This document shows, piece by piece, positions 41,733 to 54,794 of a DNA stretch of 64,000 nt (its first letter is position 1; every line of letters begins with the position of its first letter). Source of the stretch: Octopus vulgaris (taxonomy: Eukaryota); the NCBI GenBank assembly GCA_951406725.2, contig OX597815.1, positions 744,001-808,000 on the forward strand, written 5' to 3'. A program made the translations under genes and the position numbers. The notes below the pieces were generated by a model. It was not told the DNA's origin, ran no database searches, and saw nothing but the letters and a program-made list of their open reading frames with translations.

Positions 41733-42278
41733 TCTTAGAGAAATCCCATTATTGTTGGTGATACAGCATTATATTGCAGCTGTATGACATGTGTTTGTGA
41801 CTAAGTGACATGTGATGGCGATTCACTTCCAAACTGAAAAAAATAGGTTCCCAGCCTCTGTATTATGAATGGTTATGTGGATCACGGCTAATGAAAGCCA
41901 TAGCTTCCTTCGACTACTACATAAAAAGTATTAAGAAAAAATGTTATTTAGATATACTTTTATTTTAGCGGTTTACACTATTTTACGCTTGTTTATATTC
42001 TTATACGTTCAAAGTTCACAAATTTCCTTGTTTAAATTATGAATCATATTTCTTTCGATATCAATATGATTACAAAACTATTTTGTCGATATTTTTTTGG
42101 CCGACACTAATTTTCAAATTACTGGAGTCCGTTGCTCATCTCATAGCGACGATCTAAAATGTCAGGCCCTGTGCCTTGTTTGCTGTGAATGCGTGAGTGG
42201 AATCTAGGAATCTGCCTATCTACAATGAGAAATAAAGGAATTGTATCGCGAATCTAAACCCTCTAAATTTACGATCTG

Positions 42279-43152
42279 TCATCATCATTGTTCGACCGTG
42301 GTCGAGACAATGGAATTTACCATGTTGCGCCAGACTTCACGGTCCATCATAGCATTACGGAGGTCCTGTTGCTGGATGCCTGTATCCCTGGAGATTACAT
42401 CAGGGTAGGCGAGTGTGCACCCTCTGGTATTGCGAGTAGATGGCTTCCAGAGGAGAAGAGTAGAAATTACTTCTTTTTCAGCTCTACAACAATGTCCAGC
42501 AAACTGGACTCTCCTACCTTTCACAAGAGATGACACAGGTGGTAATTTCCCATATATTTGCATTTTAGTTGGATGGCGCCTCCACGAGAGATTTTGAGCT
42601 CTCATAAGGAGGCGAGTGTAGGTTCCATCCAACCGCCTCTCAAGCTTCTTTGATAACGTCCAGGTTTCTGAGCCATATAGTAGGATTGGTTCGACTGTGG
42701 CTTTGAATATTTCAAGTTTGAAGTCTCTACTTAGATTTGATGACGAGATCTTATGCATGTCATTTCAGGCTGACCAGGCTATACCCTTTCTAGTTAGAAA
42801 GTCTTTTCCAGATGATGATATGTATGACCCAAGATATTTATAATCAGAAACCATATTTAAAGGTGCACTGTTGAGAGTGTGGATGATGCAATCACTGTTG
42901 GACAGGCACTTGTTTATGTATTCAGTTTTGGCCTCATTGAGGTAAAGACCTACACAATTTGAGGCTTGTTCAAGAGATTGTAAAAGAGACTGGGCATTGG
43001 AGAGAGAATCACTGATAAGAGCGATGTCGTCAGCAAAGTCAGTGTCTGTCAAGTACTCAGCTGGGTGTCTGGAACTTCTTCTTGGTTTTATTTCAAAGCC
43101 CTTGCCAGAGATGGTATCAACTGACATACGTAGCACATAATCAACAACGATC
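42279..43152 (-). mobile_element. 5'-truncated RTE/RTE-X LINE
   Basis: DTDFADDIALI, VGLYLNEAKTEY, YKYLGS, FKATVEPILLYGSETWTL, RRVQFAGHC; (TGA)n tail. Confidence 0.88.
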
Positions 43153-43644
43153 TGTACGGGGGATGGTGGTGGACGGAATCCAGATTTAATCCTCGTCGCC
43201 GGAATTTTAACAAAAAAATTAATGGTGATTTATGAATACAAAATTCAATATCCACTCAAGAAACGTACTTTTTCATATCTTTGCCTGATTACCTCTTTCG
43301 TAATCCCGAAAAACGTAGTGACCATTGGTCCAGTCGTTTGACCGTAAAAAAGGGGAAAAGACAGACATGGACAAAATGCCGATTATGGTAGGAAGTTGAC
43401 TTCCCTTTGCTTCTTTTATTAGTTATATCCCCCTTAATTTTTATTTACTTTTTTTAAGCCCGTAAACTGAACAATTACCCCTAATGTCCACCAAATAAAC
43501 ACACTTTTTCACATTTATTTTCACTAAAGACTTTCTTGATTACATCCTTCGTAATCTCTAAAAACATTGTGACCATTGGTCTGGCCACTTGACCTTGAAC
43601 AGTGTACAGACAGACGCACATAACGCCCATTATAGTAAGATTCC

Positions 43645-44345
43645 TCCGAGGTCGACTTGGCCTTTCATCCTTTCGATGTTAATGAAATAAGTACCAGTTA
43701 TGCACTGGGGTCGATATAATCGACAACCTCCCTACCTTCCTCCTTTGCAAGGCCTTGTGCCTAGAGTAGAAATAATAACAACAATAATTATTATTATTAT
43801 TATCATCATCATCATTAGAGTCATTAGCACGCCGTTACGTTCGGAGTTCAATTTCCGCCGAGGTCGACTTTGCCTTTCATCCTTTCGGGGTCGATAAATT
43901 GAGTACTAGTTACGTACTGGGGTCGATATAATCGACTTAATCCATCTGACTGTCCTTGTTTGTCCTCTGTGTTTAGCTCCTTGTGGGTAATAAAGAAATA
44001 GGTATTTCGTCTGCCGCTACGTTCTGAGTTCAAATTTCGCCGAGGTCGACTTTGCCTTTCATCCTTTTGGGGTTGATTAAATAAGTATCAGTTACGCACT
44101 GGGGTCGATATAATCGACTTAATCCGTCTGGCTGTCCTTGTTTGTCCCTTCTGTGTTTAGCCCCTTGTGGGTAGTAATGAAATAGGTATTTCGTCTGCCA
44201 CTACGTTCTGAGTTCAAATTTTGCTGAGGTTGACTTTGCCTTTCATCCTTTCGAGGTTGATAAATTAAGTACCAGTTGCATACTGGGTCAATCTAATCGA
44301 CTGGTCCCCTCTCCCCAAATTTCAGGCCTTGTACCTATGGGAGAA
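43645..44345 (+). mobile_element. Head-to-tail tandem array of SINE family 2 units
   Basis: Four successive GAGGTCGACTT(T/G)GCCTTTCATCCTTT-type cores. Equivalent junctions at 44001 and 44185 give a 184-bp period. Confidence 0.85.
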
Positions 44346-44374
44346 ATAATAATAATGATTAAAAATAATATTAA

Positions 44375-44391
44375 TAATAATAATAATAATA

Positions 44392-44463
<72 letters not shown>

Positions 44464-44970
44464 TAGTCTTATTTCTACCGAACGCAGCTCTGTGTGCCTT
44501 GGGTATGTGCTGTGGTTTGTAGTGGTGCTTTTATTTTTCACTGTATTGAAAGTGCTTTACAAAGGATGTGTGCAGTGCCTAGCAGTGTTTTTTTTTTCTG
44601 TATGTTATATGTGTTTGTAAGTCCTGGTGTTTTGGTTATGGATTTGTCTGAATGTTTCTTAATCATACTTAATGCACCTACTTTTATAGGAATTGTTTCT
44701 GTTTTTAGGTTCCACATTCTGGTTACCTCTATTTCAAGATCTTTGTATTTGGAGACTTTCTCCATTTCTTTAGAGATACAATGTCATCTGTTGGTATCGA
44801 TACATCGATTAGAAGGCATTTTTCTCTTGGTGATCTCTGACAACTATAACTGGCCAATTGGCCTTAATTTCTCTACTTGTGTGTATTGGTATATCCCATA
44901 GTATTGTTGCTTTCTCGTTTTCTGTGACCTTTTCTGGGGTGTGCCTATACCATCTTTTTTTCTGTTGTTA
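44375..44970 (-). mobile_element. 3' end of R4/Dong-clade non-LTR element running into (TAA)n
   Basis: EKVSKYKDLEIEVTRMWNLKTETIPIKVGALSMI...LLGTAHILCKAL (RLE), followed on the minus strand by a long (AAT)n. Confidence 0.8.
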
Positions 44971-45195
44971 TTCCAAAGTGTTGGTATAGCTTCCAGTGTA
45001 TATTGGTTCCAACTCTGTCGTGTCTGTGAATATATTCCTTCTTAGCCAGGACTGGGCAGCCAGAGACAATATGATTGATTGTTTCTTCTCCATCACCACA
45101 TATTCAGCAGTTACACACACACACACAGATATATATATATATATACACATATACAGATATCCATACATACATACAGTGCATTTATACACACACAG

Positions 45196-45278
<83 letters not shown>

Positions 45279-47674
45279 CATACATACAGGTACTGCGATG
45301 CTTGCTTAACAGTTCGGCAAAAGGAAGTGCGCTGTGTCAGTTTAATCTCTTAATTCTTTTGTGTACGTTAAGAAATCGACTGATTTGTGTTTCTGTGTCT
45401 GTTTACATTTCTTTCGTTTGTATAACAGAAGCTGCTTTGGCCTAACTACAAAGCAAGACAACATGGTCAGAGATCCATCCACACAGCATAGGATGGCTTA
45501 CTGGCGAACAGTAACAGATGTTTTCGCTGTGGGGTCGGGTGAGGGAATGTTTTCTCACAAGCTCCAAGACACCTGCCACATACCAACACAGACATGTTGA
45601 CATACAGCGATGCTATACATTTATAAACCACTTCATATATGTATGTAATACTGCTGTTCTGGTTGTGTAGTGGACAACCCTTCCTCAGCTGGATACTCCA
45701 TGGATCACACAAGGTTTCCACTACATTTAACACTGCAACGGAACCTTTTTACGAGAGCATCTCGGAATTTCTATGTAGTCACTTGCCATGCTAGAAATAA
45801 CAATTAAATCTCTTCGTTCCTCAAATTATGTCTGTCTGGTTTGTTTAAATCATCATGTTGTAACAGTAATTTCACCATTCAAAATAAAAGACCCAGAAAT
45901 ATACCACCGACATTAGATCTGCTGGATCAGGGTTCATCCGACGTTGGGTTTTCATAATGAGATACTTTACTCACTGCTCTTTCTTTCTCCCTCAGTCTCT
46001 CTCTCTCTCTCCGTCCATCCCTCTCTCTCTCCCTTTCACCAAATCGTGTCGTCTTAACCATTCCCCATTGATTCAATCACAGAAGGCATCATTGATAGTT
46101 TCGTTGTAGTTGTTGTTGTTCAACTCCCAGGTCAGTCTTGATCAAATGAACCTATAATCAAAAACATTCTACCTATCATTCTATGTATCCTTCCCTTTTT
46201 GTGATTTCAGGGAGAACTGGCTGCTATTTCTTGTAGGTTGAGCAACCACAGAGAGGTTCCCTGGTTGTGTGCTGTTGTTGTTGCTGTTGTCTGCACTTGT
46301 TGTTGTTGTAAAGACAATCTTACCATGACCATCTTGTTTTTATAGTGACTTGGCATGTCTAGGACAAAATACGCTTCTTTTTATTAAGATGTGACTGCTA
46401 TTTCCTGCAGGTCAATCAACCCTGTAGAAGTTCCCTCTAAACCCAATTCTACCAGGGATAACTCAGCTTGCTACAGTCCAACTTTGTCCCTTCTGCAGCT
46501 GTAACTGGAGTTGAACTCAGCCCTCCCACTGCATGAAACACTCATCAGTATTTTAGTGCTCCCACTAAAGACAGTGTTCTTCTTATCCTTATTCGAATAA
46601 TCTTTGTTTTTTGATTCCCTTGGTCTGGAATCTGTTTTGGTGAAGCAATTCCAATCTACACTGACCACCCCAATGCTGGTCTTCAATTACAATTCCATTT
46701 ATGTATTGGAAGCTTTTAGGAATCAACTTCACTTCTTGAATGATAAAAGGTAAAAGCCGACTTTGGTAGGATTTGAACTCAGAATGTAAAGGGTGATAAC
46801 TCTTCTCTAATATTACTGAATCTCTTCTACCTTGTGTTCGGGATTTCATCTGAGATACTTTTAACAGGTGCTTGTTGTTGTTTTGTTGGGTTCTTTTTTT
46901 ATCTCTGATCAAGTAGACCTTCCAACTATGACCATTTCATCAACCATGGTCACATTATCCATAATGATAAGGGGGAGATGTTAAACCAGTCCTCAATTAA
47001 ATTTACTCTTGATTAGCTAATTTGCATTAATTAGAGTAATTAACTTCTTTTTGTTTTTGCTTTTTACTTGTTTCAGTCATTAGACTGCGGCCATGCTGGG
47101 GCACCGCCTCAAAGAATTTTAGTTGAATGAATCAACCCTAATACTTTTTTTATTATTAAGCCTGGTACCTATTCTATCAATTACTTATGCTGAACTGCTA
47201 AGTTATGGGAACGTAAACAAACCAATACCAGTTGTCAAGCGATGGTGGGGGACAAACACACACACACACATTCATGATGAGCTTCTTTCAGTTTCCATCT
47301 ACCAAATCCACTCACAAGGCTTTGGTTGGCTATAAGTAGAAGACTTGCCCAAGGTGTTACACAATGGTTCGAAACCCAGAACCATGTGGCTATGAAGCAA
47401 ACTTCTTACCACATGGCCATGATCAAGGTACCTTCTAAATAATAAACAAGCCCAAAGGTGGGCGTTTTGATGTTTTCAATACAAAATTTTATGAAACCCT
47501 TTTTACAGAGTGGTTTTTGTCTTTTCAGAGTTGAAATGAAAAATAAAAATTGCTCTTAACTGTGGTTTGGACTTTTTGACTGTTCCTTATAGTATGTAAG
47601 GCGGCCTGTTATGGTTCACCTCCTTTGCGTTTAAATATACACTAATTTATATATATATATATATGCAGCAATAT

Positions 47675-48826
47675 CAAAGGAAAATTAACCAAGAAGATAG
47701 CTTTCGTGTCCGGCAGATGCACAGGGTCAATAGACACCATTGATACTCAGAAAACAGATTCCATCACACTCCAGGGGGAGAAACTAGAAGTAGTTGATAG
47801 TTTCTGCTACCTGGGTAACCAAGTTAGTAGCAGGGGTGGATGCTCAGAGAGTGTTACCACTAGAATAAGAATAGCTTGGGCAAAGTTTAGGAAGCTTCTT
47901 CCCCTACTGGCGACAAAGGGTTTCTCGCTCAGAGTGAAAGGTAGATTGTACGATGCATGTGTGCGAACTGCCATGCTTCATGGCAGTGAAACATGGGCTG
48001 TGACTGCAGAGGACATGTGTAGGCTTGAAAGAAATGAAGCTAGCATGATCCACTGGATGAGTATTGTCAGTGTCCATGACAGAGTGTAAGCGCCCTGAGA
48101 GAAATGTTGGGCATAAGAAGCATTGGATGCAGAGTGCAGGAGAGGCGATTGCATTGGTATGGTCATGTACTACGGATGGATGAGGAGAGATGTCTGAAGA
48201 AGTGCCACTCCCAAACTGTTGAAGGAATCCGGGTTAGAGGTAGACCCAGGAAGACATGGGATGAGGTGGTCAAGCATGACCTTCGTACTTTGAGCTTCAC
48301 AGAGGCTATGACGAAAGACCAAGACCTCTGGAGATATGCTGTGACTGTGAAGACCCGACAAATGAAGTGAGTTCATGGCTCGCAGGACGGCCTGCTGTGC
48401 TAACCTTGGATCGTAGAGTGACCCTTTGTTCGTTAGGAGACCTGTTGTGTCAAGTACGTCAACGTCAACATCGAAATAAAAATTCAAATGGAAATTGTAG
48501 TTAAGACACCCGTGCCGGTGACACGTAAAGAGCACTGTCCGAACGTGCCAGATACTAGCGTCGCCTGACTGGCATCCATGTCGGTGACACATAAAAGCAC
48601 CGACCGATCGTGGCCGTTTGCCAGCCTGCTCTGGCCCCTGTGCCGGTGGCACGTAAAAAGCACCCACTACACTCACGGAGTGGTTGGCGTTAGGAAGGGC
48701 ATCCAGCTGTAGAAACACTGCCAAATCAGACTGGAGCCTGGTGCAGCCTCCATGGCTTACCAGATCCCGGTTGAACCGTCCAACCCATGCTAGCATCGAA
48801 AACGGACGTTAAATGATGATGATGAC
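47675..48826 (+). mobile_element. 5'-truncated RTE-clade LINE with long 3' UTR and (TGA)n tail
   Basis: VVDSFCYLG, RIRIAWAKFR, LYDACVRTAMLHGSETW, RRLHWYGHVLRM, GRPRKTW. The 3' UTR has repeated GGCACGTAAAAAGCAC units and GGCGTTAGGAAGGGCATCCAGCTGTAGAAA. A second copy lies at ~57190-58045. Confidence 0.88.
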
Positions 48827-49042
48827 ATATATATATATATGAAATATATATGTGAGTGTGTGTGTGGCACCATTTGAGTGTGATCGTTACCAGCGTCGCC
48901 TTACTGGCACTTGTGCCAGTGACATGTGAAAACATATTCGAGTGAGGTTGTTGCCAGTGCCGCTGCACTGGCTCCTCTGCAGGTGGCACTACCTTGGGTA
49001 TTCTTGTTGCTTATTTTGATTATATATATATATATATATATA

Positions 49043-49207
49043 GGCGAAGGAGTGGGTGTGTGGTAAGTAGCTTGTTTACCAACCACATGGTTCTGGGTTC
49101 AGTCCCACTGCGTGGCACCTTGGGCAAGTATCTTCTGCTATAGCCCTGTGCTGACCAATGCCTTGTGAGTGGATTTGGTAGACGGAAACTGAAAGAAGCC
49201 CGTCGTA

Positions 49208-49261
<54 letters not shown>

Positions 49262-49481
49262 TGTGTGTGTTTGTGTGTCTGTGTTTGTCCCCCTAGCATT
49301 GCTTGTCAACCGATGCTGGTGTGTTTATGTCCCCGTCAATTAGCGGTTCGGCAAAAGAGACCGATAGAATAAGTACTGGGCTTACAAAAGAATAAGTCCC
49401 GGGGTCGAGTTGCTCGATTAAAGGCGGTGCTCCAGCATGGCCGCAGTCAAATGACTGAAACAAGTAAAAGAGTAAAAGAGT
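49043..49481 (+). mobile_element. Full-length SINE family 1 copy
   Basis: tRNA-like head with GGGTTCAGTCCC, CORE-like CACCTTGGGCAAGT, internal (TA)n(TG)n and (AGTAAAAG)2 tail, inserted in (TA)n. Confidence 0.9.
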
Positions 49482-49581
49482 ATATATATCAATATGGATT
49501 TATTAATCTATACATAAACCTGTATATCTAATACATTAGACCAATAACATATTTATTGCTATATATACAAACTGGTATATA

Positions 49582-49629
<48 letters not shown>

Positions 49630-51417
49630 GTGAGATCATTAACTGGTTTATTGCTGTTCCTATAGACCAATAATATTTATTAGTGTGTATAACACAGACT
49701 GGTCGTACTGTGCATAACATATTAACTGTGACTGATCGTTCTTTCTTTGAGAATGGAAACTCAATACCGTCTTTTATGTCGGCTGTTTTATTGAGATTTC
49801 ATCGATCCTCATTCCAATGTTGTTGTTATTGTTGTTGGATATTTGGGGGGGGGGATAACAAAATAGTGTAGTTCTTTTAGTCTGTCCTCACCTCAACCTT
49901 GTCTCCTTTCGTCTGTCTCTCTCTCTCTCTGAGTATGTGTGTGTGTGTGTGTGTAGGGGACAAAGAAGAGTGTTTGTGCGTGTGTGTGTGAGAGAGAGAG
50001 AGAGATAGTGTGTGAGTGAGAGAGAAAGAGTGTGTGTGTGTGAGAGAGAGAGAGAGATAGTGTGTGAGTGAGAGAGAAAAAGTGTGTGTGTGGGGGAGAT
50101 AGTGTGTGTGTGACTGCGATTGCAGGGGTGTGAAAGGTAAAAAAAAAAAAGGTGTAATTTGTAAATATTATTGTTTTCTGGAGAACATTTCATTTCATGT
50201 TGGTGAATTCTCTCCCTCCCTCTCTCTCCCTCTCCCTCTCCCTCTCTCTCTCTCTCTCTCTGCTTCCATTCTGCTCTTACAAAAACTCACACAGCAAGAA
50301 ACACGGGGAGGAGAAGAAGAGAAAGACGCCCCCCCCCCCCTGCCACAGTCAAAGCCTGTTTCTTTTTTCTTCTATTTTCCGGTAAAAAAGTGGAGAAGCT
50401 GTGAGTCTCCCTGGGGAAAAAGCCGTTTCGTAACAGCCGTAAGAGCGATGCCTGGCTGAACAGTTTCAATCTCTCAACCAGGCAGCAGCCAGTCCGTCAG
50501 TCAGTCAGGGAGTCTGTAAGGTGGTGGTGGTGGTGGTGGAGAGGGGAAGGAGAAGCGGTGGTGGCGGGGAGGACCCCATTCATCCTGGGTTGTTGGTCGT
50601 TCATTCAAGTGTGAGGCAGCAACAAGGCAACAAGCCGTCTACCATATTTTAACTTCCCAAACTAGTTCCGGTGGCCCTTTCACCCCCCCCCACTTGGGGC
50701 ACACACACACACACACACACACAATGATAGAACAATTAGAAACGATGGGGGAAGAAGACGATGTGTGTGTGTGTGTTGTATACACACACTACATATATTG
50801 TGTACGCAATTATATTTGAGTAAAGTACACACACACACACACACACATGTGTGTGTGTGTCACTGTAGGCTCCTTCCTCCCACTACTTCCCACTCCCACC
50901 ACTTAAACCGCTGTGGCTGGTCTTTTGTCCCGTTTCTGCTATTTAGAAGCCATAATAAATGTAAAGAGTTGCCTGATGAGGGAGTGTGTGTGTGTGTGGG
51001 GGTATATATGTTTGTGTGAGTGCGTGTATGTGTATGTACGTACGTGTGTGTGTGTGTGTGAACGGATGAAACTAGCAGATAGAAAGCGGGAGAGAGAGAG
51101 AGGGAGAGAGAAAGGTAGCGTCGTCGTCAACAGTAGAAAGGTGTGTGGTGTTCTTTCCAAAAGTAAATTACTTAGGATTGATCTGAGCAAAGTCACTACA
51201 TTACCTACCCTTCGTGTGTGTGTGTGTGTGTGTCTACACACACACAGATAGATAGATTGATTGATAGGTAGATAGATACGTAGATTGATAAATAGATAGA
51301 TAGATGGATAGATATGGCCTGTCTATGGGGTTATCCTGAACTTCACATCCCCAAAGTGCTTAGCTTTACAGCATTTCTTCAGACCCTAAACCCGTTGGCC
51401 TATGGCCTCTCTAGAAA

Positions 51418-52190
51418 ATGGAAGAGGAAAAGATTTCATTACTCTGTCAACAACAAGGGATTGTCCCCTTTGACCTCTATTCGCAATTGACCCTGTTGGG
51501 ATCCCAGGACACTAGCAGGAATTTCCTAAAGTGCAAGCAGGGTCCGAAGACCTCTGTCCGGGAGTTAAGGATGTTCCCTGGGTCACCACACACATACAAC
51601 GACATCAACAGTGAACCCAAACAATTAGCCAACGACTTGGATATAGCAGACAGGGTAGAGATATTGGCTAAAAGGAATGCCTTTATTACTAACAAACACC
51701 AAACTTTTCCTGGACCTTGAACCCCCAATGCTGCCTGATCAACCTGGCCAAATCCAAAATCAGTCTGGTGAGCAAACACATATTGATGAACATTAACAAC
51801 AACATAAGGAGAGCCACCAACCTCTCCCTGCGGCATGGCACCAACGGGGGGAGACGCAGAGCAAGGTTCAACATAGTCGACTTTTACCCATCTGTATCAA
51901 ATGGGTTACTAATCAAGGCACTTTCCTTTGCTAGGGGTTTCACTGAGATTAGCAATAGGGATATAGATGCCATAATGCATGCCAGAAAAATGGTGCTGTT
52001 CAATAAAGGTTCGACCTGGGTCAAGGAAACCGAGCCCATGGGCTTCTTTGACAGCACTGATGTATGCAACCTCATTGGGTTGTATATCTTCAATGTCCTT
52101 AAGAAATTCCCTTCTGTCTTCTTTGGTCTCTACAGAGATGATGCCCTGGCCATCTCTAGAGGAGCCAATGGGCACACCCTTAGCTGTACT
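51418..52190 (+). mobile_element. Degenerate Penelope-like RT
   Basis: LDIADRVEILAKRNAFIT, CLINLAKSKISLVSKHIL, FNIVDFYPSVS, MGFFDSTDVCNLIGLYI, GLYRDDAL. Confidence 0.8.
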
Positions 52191-52914
52191 AAGAACTCAA
52201 ATAGGGGCACAAACTGTTAAACCCCCAATTTTTACTTTCTCTTTGACTTTCAAAAACATTCTTTTTAATATTTGGTAAGTTGGATCCATAGAAACTGGTT
52301 ATATTTGAAATCACTCACTTTAACAAAAATATCAAACATTCTCTAAAATAAACTTCTGTGCCTTTTCCAACTTTATTTACTTTTTTTAACTATATATATA
52401 TATATTTCTTTTTATTTATATTAAGGACATTACCATACATAAATGCCTCACGCTATGAGGGACTCTTAAAGTCAAAACTACCATATTAAATACAGTGTAC
52501 CGAATGCAAAGGAACTGCAACTCTCAAAGCGAGATCTTTAAAAACAGATTTAAAACATCTTTAAAAGGAATAATTAAAATTTTTTCCCTTATGAGGTTTT
52601 TCATGCTGACTACTTAACTTAACTAAGTCATTCACTTCAGTATTCTGAGGTGTCATGGCGTAATCAATATACGTTCTTATTCATGGAGAATGTGAAGGCG
52701 GCGGCAGTGATGGCGACCTGGCAGAATTGTTTGTGTTGGACAAAATGCTTGATAAATTCTTATAAAGATTTTAGCCTATTTTAAAATTCTATATATACAC
52801 TAGCAGTATCGCCCGGCGATAATTCCTCATTTTAGAGATGAGGAATTATTTACATTATTTACATTGGACGGATATGTAAATAATGTAAATAATGTGTATG
52901 TATATGTTGGCATA

Positions 52915-53215
52915 TCTTTATATATAAAAGTGAAGTTGTGTGGTGTCTGTTTCCTACGATTTAGATTCCTAACTACTCCCACATTTTGCGGTGCAGTTTA
53001 ACCAAAAGCGAGTATCTTATAGTCGTGATTCATATTGAGCCCTTCTGGGTATTAGCGCACATCTATGATGAGTCTATGATTTAAAAAAAAATTTACCATA
53101 ATTTTTTTCCATTTTAATGCATTTTTTTGCTATTATATAAGGGAAGTAACTCTCTAAAAATGCTTACATAGTTATTTCCCTTACAAACCCGAGCAACGCC
53201 GGGCGATACTGCTAG
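52915..53215 (+). mobile_element. Complete non-autonomous Helitron
   Basis: A|TCTTTATATATAAAAG ... CCCGAGCAACGCCGGG CGATACTGCTAG|T, with the same 3' hairpin as 28877-29264. Confidence 0.85.
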
Positions 53216-54249
53216 TCTCTATATATATATTTATATATGTCTTACAGAATCTCTAGAATGCAAGGACTTGAGTATACACAAGACGGATCAAAAAGAGAGC
53301 ACTCAATATTGGGTGTTCAGTGTCACAACATATTTATGTCTATTAAAACTGAAAGTTCAAACTTTCGAACTTTGTTTTTCATGTCTCCAATCATCAGTCG
53401 AAACCTGAACAAGGAAAGTGGAAACAGTTGAAAGGAATGTCTGAGAAGCAACAGAAGCAACTGATTGGCCGAACATCTAAAACTAAATCGGAACAGATAC
53501 TAATGTATCACCGATTGTTTTCAGTACCATAAAGAAAAAAAGAAAGAAAATTTGGGTTATTTAAAAATATATAAATAAACTAACACTGCTACAATTCCAT
53601 CTGAGAACCTATCTTTGGCCAATTCCAAAATATCATTCACTTGTAAAACTACAAAGAAAGGAACAAAGAAAACAAGAGAAAGCTACACAATTCCTTTGTG
53701 AAAAATATTCCAATGTAGAGCACATTCCACATGGAATTTTCATTTCTAAAACCATGAAAGATAATTGGAAGCAGCCTATGACACATCCCAAATGCAAAAG
53801 TTAAACAGAAAACAAAGGTAAAAGAGGAAACTGTGAGAAACCTCTCGTGTACAATGGCAGGTCGTCAGCTTTATGGAAAGTAAAGGTGCATAGCTTGGTG
53901 GTTCGGATATTTGGCTTACAGTGGTGAAGATGTGAGGTCATGAGTTTGATTGTGCCAGACAATTTATTTCACATGTATTTCCTTGAGCAAGACACTTTAT
54001 TTCACATTGCTCCAGTCCACCCACCTAGCAAAAATTAGTTGTACCAGTAATTCAAAGAAGCCAGTCTTTTCACAGGCTGAATCTCTCTGAGAACAACATT
54101 AAGGATATGTGTGTCTGTGGAGTTCTCAGCCACTTGCACATCAATTTCACGAGCAGGCTGTCTGTTGATCGGATCAACTGGAACACTGATCGGATCAACT
54201 GGAACACTCGCCATCTTCACCAACAGCAGGCCAGCTTTTTTTTTGCTTC

Positions 54250-54720
54250 TTTTATGGAAATTACATAATTGTTTAACTTTATGTAAACAAATACTCAGGA
54301 TGTTGAGATATGAGTTCAACTGCTTCTTGTGTTGTAATACTAAAATCTTTCCAGTTAAGCCAAGATGGCAATTCATTTTCTTTTTACTGTTGTCTTGTTT
54401 GTAATCAGGTACCGAGGAAAGGAGAGACCATTTTATATTAAAACTATTGTCATTATTTAGTTTTAATCCCCAAAATCTTCTGTGTGGATTAACCATCGAA
54501 GACTTGTGCAAATAAAATCCTTTTCTACATTTATTTTCAACTAATCCCCACGGAAGGTTTCAGTTGAGAGTCATCATTCAATTCCACCTTGGCCCCATGT
54601 ATGAAGGGACCAGCAAGGACATTTTCATTAACAGGGCAGTTTTTAGGGTTTCTACAATTACACCTCTTCTCAGTTTTGGTATCGGTAATTCTAGAGATAT
54701 ATTTTGCATTAAGGCAACAG
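54250..54720 (-). mobile_element. Degenerate Penelope-like GIY-YIG endonuclease region
   Basis: KRCNCRNPKNCPVN...HKSSM...NIKWSLLSSVPDY...NCHLGLTGKILVL, the PLE C-terminal endonuclease pattern. Confidence 0.7.
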
Positions 54721-54748
54721 GGACTTTTCTGTGAAAGGTATTTCCCAA

Positions 54749-54794
54749 GACACCTGATGAAAGCTGGAGAGTATATCAGCCGAAATGTTGTGTT
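54749..54794 (+). ncRNA. Minimal hammerhead-like motif of PLE-terminal type
   Basis: GACAC-CTGATGA-AA-GCTG(GAGAGTATAT)CAGC-C-GAAA-TG-TT-GTGTT, with stem I ACAC/GTGT and stem II GCTG/CAGC. Followed by an (ATGTAAATA)2 tail. Confidence 0.55.

Noticed and set aside
43645-44345. CRISPR-like repeat array
   Set aside because: Eukaryotic DNA; the units are whole SINE copies with no unique spacers and no cas genes.
46440-46720. Unique-looking segment with short minus-strand ORF and TGATGA..CTGA boxes
   Set aside because: No splice context or homology recognised, and the C/D box spacing is too short for a snoRNA.
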